Position numbers and translations under genes: made by a program
Shown: positions 54,301 to 63,104 of the stretch, in pieces
Numbering within the stretch: the first letter of the stretch is position 1
How the letters are laid out: every line of letters starts with the position of its first letter
Notes under the pieces: generated by a model
The model's input: the letters and a program-made list of their open reading frames with translations, nothing else
What the model was told of the DNA's origin: nothing
Databases searched by the model: none
NCBI GenBank assembly: GCA_963702845.1
Contig: OY969763.1
Span: 1,920,001-1,984,000 of the forward strand
DNA length: 64,000 bases
Direction: 5' to 3'
From: an uncultured Verrucomicrobiae bacterium
GTDB taxonomy: Bacteria > Verrucomicrobiota > Verrucomicrobiia > Limisphaerales > Palsa-1400

Positions 54301-54994
54301 CTATCGCTTCTACGCCCCGAGCACTGGAAAGTGGATCAGCCGAGACCAGCTTGGAGAACGAGGCAGTGCAAACCTGTTTGGATTTGTAAGAAATCAGCCG
54401 ACCGGTCGAATCGATGGCCGTGGGCATGTCGATCTAGGTTTTCAAAATAATCGGTATCCAGTAGGAGGTTGCAATGGTAATATGACAGTTGGTTGGAATG
54501 TTGGTTGGATTGTGCCTTCGGACAGCCCTGCAGGATTTGTAATTCAGAAGATAGACTGGAGCTTCGAAGTTTATACTTGTCCCCATGGTATAGATGGGGA
54601 GCACCAACTAACCGACGAGGAAATCTGGGGGGAAACCGGTAATGAGGGCGATCCTGTGTATCATTTCTGGGAGTCCTGGCAGTACAATGGAGACAACACT
54701 TGGAATTCGAGACCAACGGATGAATGGAAATTTGTCGGTCTTCACAATAGATACAGGGGAATTATTACAATTACTGGTTCCGCTGCATTTTATGAAGGAA
54801 CCGATTTAAGTAGTTTTGGTGGGGACTGGGGGGATACCAAGAGTCCTTTGAGTAACGGACTTTTCGCAACTATAGTTCCGCCCAATCTACCAGAGACCGA
54901 TTCGAGTATCCAGCGTAAGTTGGTCATTGCGTGGAATGCCTGCCAATGTGATGAGTGCAACCAGACCGAACTCTGGTGGTTTGCAATGTTTTGA
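48371..54994 (+). CDS. RHS/YD-repeat protein with Sec-type signal and unknown C-terminal domain
   Basis: Many YD repeats; core RFSTKYTDDETDLVYYGYRFY...NQPTGRIDGRG; signal ending PKADA|Q. Start may be 48413. Confidence 0.95.
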   Translation: MRKTGRTNTYDDLYMKALSLLNISLILKKQKLPTSLCYLLTFLTFLVLLPKADAQSCSSTGLTLGAYVQYQTVYLDRSKCGFAEYTNMDLPRIHIYHQQRIIGDYSFHYTNDYTQSETDSGSSDSSEQWEIWPGTYSKHQTATKNFDFTETINLHITSGETDFCFPTNTCEGSGSFNCTIDDGRSNVWQNSIATSTTSWDSYHYTSSESSSVSTNDWSLGHCDVGWAFIGPFTEINHYLLYHTRTYGTDGYDNDSTNVDTGTDCVIAHRSLTQIIDPTNAVSDLSVTNTSLPPLCDSCSSDTFVDATHDVNTYVLSLEYTDVELSNNIVGYMPDFSGSWVTPNGEGNDFYITTAYSMIDGDHIHGRWQPTQENGVDAEMQKMKYRIVIPNTKATKRYEVSWDLITYDFTTGVVETVPRKVSIDGTGGSDPIYAGEEIVSPPHWDDSREFFGGVVATWVDNLAISEMSEGLAGAGPGSLSWSGGAPGCATCGRVSAAFQRSPYGALTASFSLGRALGYGSAGNVEILARVPNPTLATPSSLLYPDGIPSTETVRDSGVLRQINAPQALVDIVTLDAFSYQLRYYLPSQVGGPSGSLHSVSGSPFVTWTIENPDASTNTYNRLQITETRGSDTHEYLYTYNPTNSVWTLTRPDNSQEEISTGFTNNVDWITFNVTNTVRSASGQIDFQEVRVYQRPMAFLAGITTNLGLIANNPQIGFLLTTNITNPGSNARITTYSYYSTNYGATISETAPGPWYHSTIPPVRYIKRSDGKWDYFAYNAQNVTDHVTPFGDAAPPTSGAPSYSTSRHTVYSEFDGGDFLTYAQDTVQEDKAHWTTHISFTTNLSPGVHFYGETDGTQNYHTITGYFTNGFNAGRLQSVQKPDGTLTLYAYDIAADATQTNTVWSGAPNSDKTAVVDGTKTVTIMGPVGQIISYTQNDIRSGITLANDVYGNYDSLSRPQLVTHMDGTTEQKYYSCCGIDYTVDRDGVTTQYYYDDAKRQVATVRNGITTSNLFDSVGRILKTVRIGTDNSQIVLGQWQYDLSGTLIRQTNALGGVTSYSESGLVRTTTNPDGGTIIETYYGDGQLKSRTGTAVHGVAYSYDVDSPGHRITTETKLTAAGVATSQAVSSYIDWLGKPTKTVYSDTSGSSIQYSYNTAGRLAQEIDFQEVTNLFGYNLKGEMTTNGIDMDGDGTIYAGGTDRLTFTTNDVVSDGVDVLRSRTYVWMTDNDDTLTLVSMSETATDGLQSWQTRYSGSGSPVTTHSQTVYSGTNRTVTVTAPDNSHTVTRYANGRLVSVTQYDSTPDQVGSMSYGYDAHGRQNKITDARNGTAVYTYNDADLVTAVTTPSPGTLGGSSQTTMTQYSKSLQVTNVIQPDNSAVTNIYLPTGEIALSYGSRTYPVGYSYDYAGRVKTMTNWSDFSSTSGTRVTTWNYDSNRGFLTSKIYADGKGTSYQYTDAGRLYVRTWARGTNTTYAYTPAGDLYSVTYDDGSTPSVTYSHDRTGRMNSVVRDGMTTTFAYDLANDVLSESYSGGVLNGLSVTNGYDALLRRTGLGALAGSSVLTSAGYSYDNASRLATVTSGSDSATYGYVANSPLVGQIAFKHGGVTKMTTTKQYDHLNRLTSISSIPTLATFEYSYNNANQRTRATLPDSYWSYQYDSLGQVTSGKKYWNDGTPVAGQQFEYNFDDIGNRNTTKAGGDQAGSNLRLAHYTNNILNQITSRDVPGYKDITGLSLVTNAVTVNGQSTYRKGEYFRNELVITNTTLPVWTNVSVAAGSQGVSGNLLAAKTPETFSYDYDGNLTNDGLWTYTWDAENRLVSMESILTVPTAAKRKLDFLYDHQGRRIQKLVSTNNGASYVGQYTNRFVYDAWNLIAEITSNNSPMRTYLWGADLSGAMRGAGGVGGLLEVSYFGSAVTNCFVAFDGNGNIRGVVDAISASSIASYEYGPFGEVIRATGPMAKANLLRFSTKYTDDETDLVYYGYRFYAPSTGKWISRDQLGERGSANLFGFVRNQPTGRIDGRGHVDLGFQNNRYPVGGCNGNMTVGWNVGWIVPSDSPAGFVIQKIDWSFEVYTCPHGIDGEHQLTDEEIWGETGNEGDPVYHFWESWQYNGDNTWNSRPTDEWKFVGLHNRYRGIITITGSAAFYEGTDLSSFGGDWGDTKSPLSNGLFATIVPPNLPETDSSIQRKLVIAWNACQCDECNQTELWWFAMF

Positions 54995-54998
54995 GTGT

Positions 54999-55610
54999 AT
55001 GAGATTTTTTCTCAGCTTTTTCTGTTGTGGAGTTCTCTGTTTACTCGGTTGTGCCGGTACGTCCCACCTGCAGGAACGGCAATCTCGCCGCGCCCTAGCG
55101 AAGATCGCAGACGTCCATGCGAGTACGAACGACTTGCTTTCGGCTTTGAGATCGCTTCGGGACTCTGGTTTGACAAACGAGCCGCCGCAGTTTTGGAGCG
55201 CCATCGCGAACAATCCTCAATACAGCGTGGATCACCGTAGTCGCGCAGTTCTACAGCTATTTGCTCGTCACTTCCACAGTGGAATGACGCTGGGCAACAT
55301 TGCTGAGCTTCTGAACCATCCAAGGTGGTTACACGAAAAGGACGTCCTCGTGCCAAGGGCATGGATGGGGCCATCCCCATTCGAGAGAATAGTTAACGAC
55401 GAGTATCCTTTCGTGTGGATACGTGTGATAAACTCGCCAGCCCAACGAGATAACATAGCACCGATCATCTACCTCTCGATTCGCGGAGACACACAGCGTA
55501 AGGAAGTGTTTGAATGTCTAAAAGGGAATACCAACACGTCGGTGCAAAATATTGTGGTGGATGAAATCGCCTCGCAGGAACACGTCGGCGGAAAAATTCC
55601 CCCATCATAA
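54999..55610 (+). CDS. Lipoprotein, candidate Rhs immunity protein
   Basis: ATG 4 nt after the Rhs stop; lipobox LLGC. Confidence 0.7.
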   Translation: MRFFLSFFCCGVLCLLGCAGTSHLQERQSRRALAKIADVHASTNDLLSALRSLRDSGLTNEPPQFWSAIANNPQYSVDHRSRAVLQLFARHFHSGMTLGNIAELLNHPRWLHEKDVLVPRAWMGPSPFERIVNDEYPFVWIRVINSPAQRDNIAPIIYLSIRGDTQRKEVFECLKGNTNTSVQNIVVDEIASQEHVGGKIPPS

Positions 55611-55943
55611 ACCAGTTTGGCATGACTACCAATCCGGTGCCCATACGCTACCCATAAGAGGTTGCCGCATTAGGGCGCAGCGGTCCAAAAGGCAGAACGT
55701 TTCTATCTTCAATCGTAAGCGAAAAGGGGTCGAAAAGGGGTCAGCTCCGAATGGCGCTTAGATAGTAAGGTAAGCGTCACCTGCAGCCTTTCAATTACCC
55801 ATATCTCGCGTGCATCTGTGCAGAAAATTTCCAAATGTTTGTATGTACATTGTAAAACATTTATGGTGCAAGACTGGGGATGCGAACCAAAACACCTCTG
55901 CCCTTGTGCTAACAAATCAATTCTTTAGGTTGGAAGGAAAGTC

Positions 55944-56075
55944 TGGATAGACCACGAATTGGATGGCGCGTACTTTCAAGATGTGCGTCTTGGAAAACGG
56001 CTGCGTACTTTGCTGGGCTTGATGTCCAATGGGCTCGGGCAAACTATTCCTTTGGCATGCGAGAGCCATCAGGCC
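55944..56075 (+). pseudogene. IS4/Tn5-family transposase N-terminal remnant
   Basis: WIDHELDGAYFQDVRLGKRL...IPLAC. Confidence 0.7.
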
Positions 56076-56110
56076 ACACGTCGGCGCGCGGTTTTTCACT
56101 TTTGGCCACT

Positions 56111-56809
56111 TCAAGCGTCTCCGCATGCAACAAAACAGCCCCCACCATACTCGCTGCCAAGCCCGCCCCTACAATCGCTAGCTTCGCCGGCGGCTTGCTT
56201 CTGCGCATCTTCAAGTCGCTTCAGTTCGTCGTCTCTGTCTTTCTTTTGTTTCTCTGCTAATGCTTCTTTGAGTTTCTCATACTGGTCGTGACACTTGTCT
56301 ATTGAGTTGTACATTTCCATGCAAATAGCGACCGCAGCGGCAGCCTGGTTGACTGTAAGCTTTCCGGCGGTCTTATCTGCATTTATTTTGTTTTGGGTGG
56401 TATCAACTGCAGCCTTAAAGCTCGCAAGGTTCCTTTCCGCCAAATCGTATCTTATGTCTCGACCGGAAAGCGTTAGAATGCCGACAAACCCCGTTGGCGT
56501 ATCTCCTTCCAAACGCCAAAAGTTGCGGTCATCAAAACGCTGCATAATTTTGCTGAAGGGTTCCAAGTTTATTTTCTTAGCATCTGCTTCCGTCCACGGG
56601 ACTTTATAAAAAGCTCGGGTGTCATCTGGAACATCTTCCATCTTTTCAATGAAGTTATGAGCATCTGTCAGGTTGCAAGCTTTTAGCAAACCATCAAATG
56701 ATTGAAACATCTGAGGGTCAATCAAGAGGGTCCGTGTGATGGTTACGTCCAAAACTATAACTGGAGCCCCAGCGATCGTCCTTACTTCTGCCTTCCATTG
56801 GTCAGCCAT
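56111..56809 (-). CDS. Hypothetical protein with C-terminal coiled coil
   Basis: 232 aa, preceded by AAGGA. Confidence 0.65.
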   Translation of the reverse strand: MADQWKAEVRTIAGAPVIVLDVTITRTLLIDPQMFQSFDGLLKACNLTDAHNFIEKMEDVPDDTRAFYKVPWTEADAKKINLEPFSKIMQRFDDRNFWRLEGDTPTGFVGILTLSGRDIRYDLAERNLASFKAAVDTTQNKINADKTAGKLTVNQAAAAVAICMEMYNSIDKCHDQYEKLKEALAEKQKKDRDDELKRLEDAQKQAAGEASDCRGGLGSEYGGGCFVACGDA

Positions 56810-57031
56810 ATTATTTCCTTTCGGGTTGAGATTTTAAGCCTAGATAATTGACATTTTGGGCTTTGGCGCGGCAAGACTGGCCCTCGCCGGACCATCTGTC
56901 AACTTGGGACTACTCAAGAAGGAGGCCTATCGCTAAATTTTCCCAATTCTCGAAGTTTGTTACAACAACGTTCGATGTTAAAGTAATACCTCCCGCAATT
57001 AGATCGATCGCTGTTATCTTTGTTTTGCGAA

Positions 57032-57598
57032 TTATTTTCCGGGAAGATTAGGCAGGATTATACCCCGCTCACTTGCAGTTATAGGAGAGATGACGAGAAC
57101 AGCCATTGTCAATTCTGTGAGGTCCTTAACATGATCCTTGCCTACCCATACCGTCGTTTTGCCGTAATGTCCAGAAACAGCATCAGGCGGTGGCGGACCG
57201 CAATGAATCCAAGCATTCGTTGCGGCCTTCGAGTATACCTTGGTCAAAAGATTAAATAGGTTGCCGCTATCAGTTTCAGGCACGACCGTCCAAGACTCTT
57301 GCCAATTCCGAGTTCCAGACAATGTTGCTGTTCCGCTTGATGGGCTAGCCCAAGTGCCTGCCAGCGTTGGATTGGCGGTATCACTTATCTGGACGATGCC
57401 TTGGGTTAATTTTAAGTGCCAAGGAAGCGCGCCAGGTCGTTCTCGCTGCAGCGCCACATTGTCAAGGACCATTCTGTACTCTAGGTCTGTAAACGTTGAT
57501 CCTACGGCCAATGTGCTTTTCTTCAGTTGCATCGACGTGCAGCCGCACACCGCTAGAGATAACACCACATATAACCACCACACCTGATTCATTTTCAT
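57032..57598 (-). CDS. Hypothetical lipoprotein
   Basis: Lipobox VCGC; MVLDNVA...PGALPWH. Confidence 0.7.
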   Translation of the reverse strand: MKMNQVWWLYVVLSLAVCGCTSMQLKKSTLAVGSTFTDLEYRMVLDNVALQRERPGALPWHLKLTQGIVQISDTANPTLAGTWASPSSGTATLSGTRNWQESWTVVPETDSGNLFNLLTKVYSKAATNAWIHCGPPPPDAVSGHYGKTTVWVGKDHVKDLTELTMAVLVISPITASERGIILPNLPGK

Positions 57599-57651
57599 TG
57601 ATACCTTTTCGTCATTTGCGTGTAGAATAGCCGCCTAAGTTTCTGTCTTTG

Positions 57652-58401
57652 TTAACTGGTCACCAATCCAAGATCATTCTTCAAAGTTGCCAAGTCCAAG
57701 CCTTGTGGTGCGGTTCCGAGCGTCTTACTAATCCAGTCTTCGCTTAAAACCGCATATGCTTCGTCTGCATAAGCATGGTAAAACGGCCAACTCATCACTT
57801 TTAGTGCACCCCAAGTTACGACATACAAATTCCTTTGATCGTAGCCGACGGCGGGAATGCAGTGTCCCTTTTGAGGATTTGGTGCGGCGTCTCCAACCGC
57901 ACCTTGCGGGGGGAGTTCCCACGGGACTGCTAGTGGATCAGGAACATCATCGCCGCAGGCAAAATCAGGGAGTGACACGCCGATGTAACAGCTGCCAAAC
58001 AGATAAATTGAATCTTGAACGAGAATACTATTTCGAAGTTCAAGTTGAGCGAATGCCATGATTGTATCATTGTCGATTCCGACCGCGCGCCAATATATCA
58101 AGAAGTCCAACATGCTGACACCATTGTCAGTTTTGTTGCCAACGAAGTGCTTGTAAGCAGCTATGATATCGTCAGTAGATGGTGTGACTGCGTCTCCCAC
58201 ATTTGCTGTCCATTCTTGAATCATGTGACCGGCAGCCGCGCAGGTACAGTCACCATACTTGTCATTGCCCATAATCGGCCAAGCTTGGACTGCTTTCGAA
58301 TAATCGATAGATGTGGGAGGTGGTGGCAACGACGGAGTGATATATGAGCTGAGTCGCAATGTTCTTTTGTCAAATCTCGGCGGTAGTTTTCCAAGTTTCA
58401 T
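57652..58401 (-). CDS. Papain-fold cysteine peptidase-like protein
   Basis: GNDKYGDCTCAA (Cys), GHCIPAVGYD (His), VVTWG. Confidence 0.8.
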   Translation of the reverse strand: MKLGKLPPRFDKRTLRLSSYITPSLPPPPTSIDYSKAVQAWPIMGNDKYGDCTCAAAGHMIQEWTANVGDAVTPSTDDIIAAYKHFVGNKTDNGVSMLDFLIYWRAVGIDNDTIMAFAQLELRNSILVQDSIYLFGSCYIGVSLPDFACGDDVPDPLAVPWELPPQGAVGDAAPNPQKGHCIPAVGYDQRNLYVVTWGALKVMSWPFYHAYADEAYAVLSEDWISKTLGTAPQGLDLATLKNDLGLVTS

Positions 58402-58711
58402 TCGATCAATCTATAATGCAACCAGCACGCGATATGTTTGACACAGCTATCCAATAACATGCAACTAAAAATCTATTAGTTAAATTGCGCGTTGCTGCGG
58501 AAAAAACCTAGCCACGCTAACCAATCTTTCTTCTGAATGCCGTTGCTGTCCCCCTGAGATAGCAATCATCAAACGCAGCTCATGCGCCTTCAATGAATCT
58601 CGGAATTCCATGAAAGTAATACGGGAAACCTCGTTGTAATCTTTCAGGCAATTCTCTAGTCCAAACTATTTGACTGTCTATTCCACTGCTGCGACTATCC
58701 CGTTTTGCTGT

Positions 58712-58987
58712 ATGAAGACCCTTGCTGATTACACTCCAGAACAACTCGAGCAGGCAATAGCTCTCAAGAAACAGATTGCAGCTCTGGAAGCACGACTTGC
58801 CACTCTTTCAGGAACTGATCGGATAAATCACAGACGCGCACCTACACAGGTCACTACGTCTACTCGAAGCATTTCTCCGAAAAAGGCGAAGCGTAAAATG
58901 AGCCCTGAAGGACGGGCCAAGATTGCAGCTGCTATGAAAGCGAGATGGGCGAAGGCGAAGGCAAAGGGGAAGAAATCTTTGACGTAG
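58712..58987 (+). CDS. Small basic coiled-coil nucleoid-associated-like protein
   Basis: LKKQIAALEARL followed by KRKMSPEGRAKIAAAMKARWAK. Confidence 0.75.
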   Translation: MKTLADYTPEQLEQAIALKKQIAALEARLATLSGTDRINHRRAPTQVTTSTRSISPKKAKRKMSPEGRAKIAAAMKARWAKAKAKGKKSLT

Positions 58988-59050
58988 GCTATAGTTCGAG
59001 AAACGCACTACACAGATTTGGAAGGCCCACATCGCCTCAGTTCGATGTAG

Positions 59051-59404
59051 TCATTCGCTTGCACCCATTTTCCTCAGCAATTCGACGACAGCATCTTGTT
59101 GGTAGTCGATTGCCCTCTTAAGTGGTGTGTGTCCATTCTTGTCGCGAGCGTTGATATTCGCACCCTTTGCCACCAGCGTTCGAACACCCTCTACACATCC
59201 TTCTTGAGCAGCAACATGCAATGATGTTTCGCCGGTCTTTCCTTTCAGTTCAATCTTCGCACCACTTTTAAGGAGGAATTCGATTAAATTGGTGCAACAA
59301 CGGGCAGATGCCACATGCAAAGGAGTTCGACCTCCGTCCTCTGTAATGTTTATTGCAGCCGGATTCGTCGAAATTACACGAGTGTATACAAAATATGGCT
59401 TCAT
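59051..59404 (-). CDS. Ankyrin-repeat protein, possibly 5'-truncated
   Basis: GRTPLHVA, GETSLHVAA, GHTPLKRA. Confidence 0.85.
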   Translation of the reverse strand: MKPYFVYTRVISTNPAAINITEDGGRTPLHVASARCCTNLIEFLLKSGAKIELKGKTGETSLHVAAQEGCVEGVRTLVAKGANINARDKNGHTPLKRAIDYQQDAVVELLRKMGASE

Positions 59405-59438
59405 TGTGGTGTGTTGATTAACTGGTAATCCAACACCT

Positions 59439-59690
59439 ATTGTGAGCCATCAAAGCGGAGAAAAATGGGAACGCTTCTACGCATGTGATGCTTCTGTTAC
59501 GATGATTCCTACGGATCACTAGGAATCGGAACAAACCTCCCATCACGATTACGTTTGCGTTTCGGAACAACCGGCCGCGTTCGGATCGAAGGGAAAGCGT
59601 TTGAAGATAGATAATGATGGATCGATTCTCTTCCAGATGGTTCTAAGCGCTATTTTCAACGTTTTAGTTCGATCTTCGTCCAAGTCCCGC
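59439..59690 (-). repeat. Copy 3 of the 'DEDRT' remnant plus downstream motif
   Basis: DEDRTKTLKIALRTIWKRIDPSLSIFKRFPFDPN; flanking attgtga.ccatc and cgctt.tacg..tgtga.gcttctg are shared with copy 1. Confidence 0.8.
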
Positions 59691-60204
59691 TCCGATGACC
59701 ATGGAAATATCGTTTTGACCTGGCAATCGACTCCGGGGCGCATTTATCAACTCTCCGCCACAACGAATCTAGACGGCGTCGGTAAGCCGATTCTTGCAAC
59801 GAATGCTTTTAGCACTGTGATTACGTCGATTACAAAGTCAGTAAAATTCTTTCGCTGGCTAGGCAGTAAGAACGTCGAATAGTTCGTCGCTGCCTGATCC
59901 TCCTAAGGCGTTGTCGCAACTGCTAATTGCAGCTGACTTGTACTGCCACTAATCTCGGAGCCTCCGCCGACAGCAGCTGCTTTGGGGTAAGCGTCATCGG
60001 AGAATCGAACATATCCAAGAATGTGTGCAAATTTGTTGAAAGAATCATCTGAATTGTTCGTAATCATGTTAAGACGGTCGAAACGATGTGCAGATTGCTG
60101 GACGAGACTGAGACTCGGATGCGAAGATCCAAAACGCTGTGAACAGCTATCCGAGTTGTTGGGGCGGCCTGTCACTAACCACACAAACCACAAGAATTGA
60201 TAAT

Positions 60205-61488
60205 ATGAGCAAGAAAACACGTCCTGATAACGAAAATATGGTACTAACGCCCGGCGGACGCCGCCCGAAAGAAAACGTACAGAGCGTCGCTCCTCATGAG
60301 ATTGTCGATCTTAGCCAATTGAAGGGTGTCGGCGTTCAACGTCGGCAACTCTCGCTCGAATCAATAAAAGCAGCATCAACAACTCGAGTTCTCACTCCCG
60401 GAGGTTTTCGCCACCCGTCGCTGGTTCATCCCGTCGAATCCGGGCACAGAATCCAGTTAGCGGATGCGAAGATAAATGTACTGGACCAGCATGCTAAGAA
60501 AGTGGCTGAAATCGATAAAGGCGCAGTTGCAAACCAAGAGATTCCTGGACTAGGGACTGGCTGGATTGCGTATTGTTATTGGGTGAACACCACGGGCAAT
60601 CCTGTTACTTCGTTTCGCACAACCTGGATCGTGCCGCCCGCACCTTCACAACAAGAAAGCCAAACTATTTTTTTGTTCAACGGCATTGATCCGCAAAATC
60701 CGTCGCAAGGGATATTGCAGCCGGTACTCCAATGGGGGACTTCGGCTGCGGGCGGAGGCAGCTATTGGTCGGCAGCAAGTTGGTATGTGACAGGCGACGG
60801 TCATGCCTTTCACACACCGCTCGTGCCCGTCAATGAAGGTGATGTGCTCGTGGGCGCCATGCGATTGGTCGGCGGAGCTAACGGACTTTTCACATACGCT
60901 TGCGAGTTTGAAGGCCTCGCGAACTCGACACTCACGATAGATAACCTTCCAGAATTGGTTTGGCTCAACCAGACGCTCGAAGCCTACGAGATCAATCAAT
61001 GTGGAGATTATCCAAACACGATATTTACGGCATTTCGCAACATCGAAATTGAAACAGGAAAAGGCGCTCCGATTGTTAGTTGGACGCCTGTCAATCAGGT
61101 GACGGATTGCGGTCAGCACGCCACTGTCATAAATAATTCGTCAACAGGCGGTGAAGTGAACATCTATTATACAAACCGAACCGTAAAAATTCCGGTAGAA
61201 CAGATCGCGGCTGGAATGAAGATTCTTATCGGGGTTACGAATGACGGAAGTGGCATTGCCATACTTTCAAACGGACAAATAATTCATATTCAATCCGGTG
61301 GGCCCGGCGATCCTGTTCTCAGTCAAATTATGACCGCCGTTGGCGAGATTGCAGCCGGGATTGCCACGCAACAACTGTCAAATACGATTGCGGAATCGAA
61401 ACTGCGGGAAACGGTAAAATCAGCGGGTAGAGAAGTTATTGTCGGCGCGCTAGAACGGACGCTAAAAACGTTAAAAAATGTCATTTGA
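60205..61488 (+). CDS. Glutamic-peptidase (G1)-like/concanavalin-fold protein with duplicated pro-segment
   Basis: TTWIVPPAP, IFLFNGI, ILQPVLQWG, LEAY; VLTPGG occurs twice. Confidence 0.6.
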   Translation: MSKKTRPDNENMVLTPGGRRPKENVQSVAPHEIVDLSQLKGVGVQRRQLSLESIKAASTTRVLTPGGFRHPSLVHPVESGHRIQLADAKINVLDQHAKKVAEIDKGAVANQEIPGLGTGWIAYCYWVNTTGNPVTSFRTTWIVPPAPSQQESQTIFLFNGIDPQNPSQGILQPVLQWGTSAAGGGSYWSAASWYVTGDGHAFHTPLVPVNEGDVLVGAMRLVGGANGLFTYACEFEGLANSTLTIDNLPELVWLNQTLEAYEINQCGDYPNTIFTAFRNIEIETGKGAPIVSWTPVNQVTDCGQHATVINNSSTGGEVNIYYTNRTVKIPVEQIAAGMKILIGVTNDGSGIAILSNGQIIHIQSGGPGDPVLSQIMTAVGEIAAGIATQQLSNTIAESKLRETVKSAGREVIVGALERTLKTLKNVI

Positions 61489-61867
61489 TAAAGCGCTAAG
61501 CATTGCGCAATAGCGCAACGACGACCTTCAGCCACAACTGCAGGCTCGCCTTGATCAGCTCTCCACAGGGTTGATCGGCCAGAAGGCAAACCCCTTTGAG
61601 CGTCGGCTATAAACACTGTGGCTCAAAGAGCGGCTTTGGTCCTGGCCAGCGGCGACCCTGACGCAACGATCGGTTTAACAGACGCAGACTCATGGTTGTT
61701 TGCTCGGTAACAATGAATATGACGCAACGAATTATCGACCGCTTAGTCAAACTCCGAACCCTTTATCCCTTTTTCTTGAGGCAACTCGCCTCAGCAAATT
61801 TGTCAAAATTCAGTTGTGACGGAGATGTCGATTTTTAAGAATTCTCAACCGGCCGTATACTTCTTGC

Positions 61868-62905
61868 ATGGCCGGCGATGAAAAACAGCTAACCAAAAAT
61901 CAGCACTACGTTCCGCAGTTTTACTTGCGGAAGTTTTTGAACGGCAGCAATCAAGTTGAGATACTAGACTGCCGTCGCAAAAAAATTATCACCCCGCGGG
62001 GCACAAAAGGGATCTGTTGTGAGGACTTTTTTTACGGACTGGAAACTGGTGCACAGGATGAGATAAGCCAGCACGTAGAAGATGGTTTCCAGCAAATCGA
62101 ACATCGGATTTCCACCGGGATTGACCCAATCATTGCAAAGCTACTCAACGGTTCGGCGATTTCGGATGCTGAAAAATGGACGGTCGGGCTCCTCATGAGC
62201 ATGCTATGGATGCGCGGTCCAGAAATGCGAACGCAGATCAATGAAATGTCAGAGAAGGTGATGAAGGACATCAATGCACTTCAGTTCGGTTCCCAATTCG
62301 CGGATCAAATATTTGATAAATTCGACAAAGACACGGGCCGCGTTACGACTTCCGAAATGAGAGAGAAGATAAAAAGAACGATGGTTGATAAAAATTATTC
62401 GCTTCAGTTCAGCAACCAGCAGCATTTAATGATGCTTAACAGTATTGAAAATTTTGCGAATTTGTTCTTTGGACAGCACTGGACGGTATTTATTTCTAAG
62501 CTCGAGAAGAAGTTTGTCACCTCAGATAACCCAGTCGTTGTAACATTTCCGGCACGCAAGGGATTCTTCGGGCCAACATTCCTTGAACGCATTCATTATT
62601 TCGCGCTGACTCCCGACATTTTGATCAAGGCGGTATACCCGCATAATCTGAAAGGTAAAAAATTGAAAAGAAAGACCCTCTTTCAAGGAGATGATCTGAT
62701 GGTGCTCGACCTCAATATTCGAGTCGCGGGACGCGCCCGTGATTACGCGTATGCTCGAGATAGACAGGGTCTGGAAGACATTCTAACCGAAGTTAAACGG
62801 CAAGATGAACTGTTTGCAACACCACAAGGACAGATTCTCAAGAAGATGCTTGAAGAGAAAAAAGATTTGAGCGAAATGCCTCCATCAAAGGCCAGACATA
62901 AGTAA
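61868..62905 (+). CDS. DUF4238 domain protein
   Basis: QHYVPQFYLRKF, FVTSDNPV, FALTPD. Confidence 0.88.
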   Translation: MAGDEKQLTKNQHYVPQFYLRKFLNGSNQVEILDCRRKKIITPRGTKGICCEDFFYGLETGAQDEISQHVEDGFQQIEHRISTGIDPIIAKLLNGSAISDAEKWTVGLLMSMLWMRGPEMRTQINEMSEKVMKDINALQFGSQFADQIFDKFDKDTGRVTTSEMREKIKRTMVDKNYSLQFSNQQHLMMLNSIENFANLFFGQHWTVFISKLEKKFVTSDNPVVVTFPARKGFFGPTFLERIHYFALTPDILIKAVYPHNLKGKKLKRKTLFQGDDLMVLDLNIRVAGRARDYAYARDRQGLEDILTEVKRQDELFATPQGQILKKMLEEKKDLSEMPPSKARHK

Positions 62906-63104
62906 TGAACGTTCAGTTTCGGGCGTTTCGTGGAATCCTGGCGAATCTTCCTTTGTGTCCGCGTTCACGTTCAGGAACGATTGGTGCATATTTTTTGAAT
63001 GGATAACGCTGAAAAACAGGGGAGTGTGGATCCATTTCTTTCCATATCTTTGCCAAGGCTATTGCCAACCTCTTGGTGCAATCCGGCGTCATTTAATCAG
63101 TTAT

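Noticed and set aside
55720..55742. Tandem CGAAAAGGGGT repeat after the Rhs immunity gene
   Set aside because: Only two units with no spacers and no associated transposase; not a CRISPR and too short to call.
55833..55862. Imperfect AT-rich palindrome centred on ATGTACAT
   Set aside because: Single instance with no linked regulator; could be chance.
59695..59882. Fragment resembling the C-terminal domain of a secreted protein (VLTWQSTPGRIYQL...FFR)
   Set aside because: No credible start, and it abuts a repeat remnant; probably debris.
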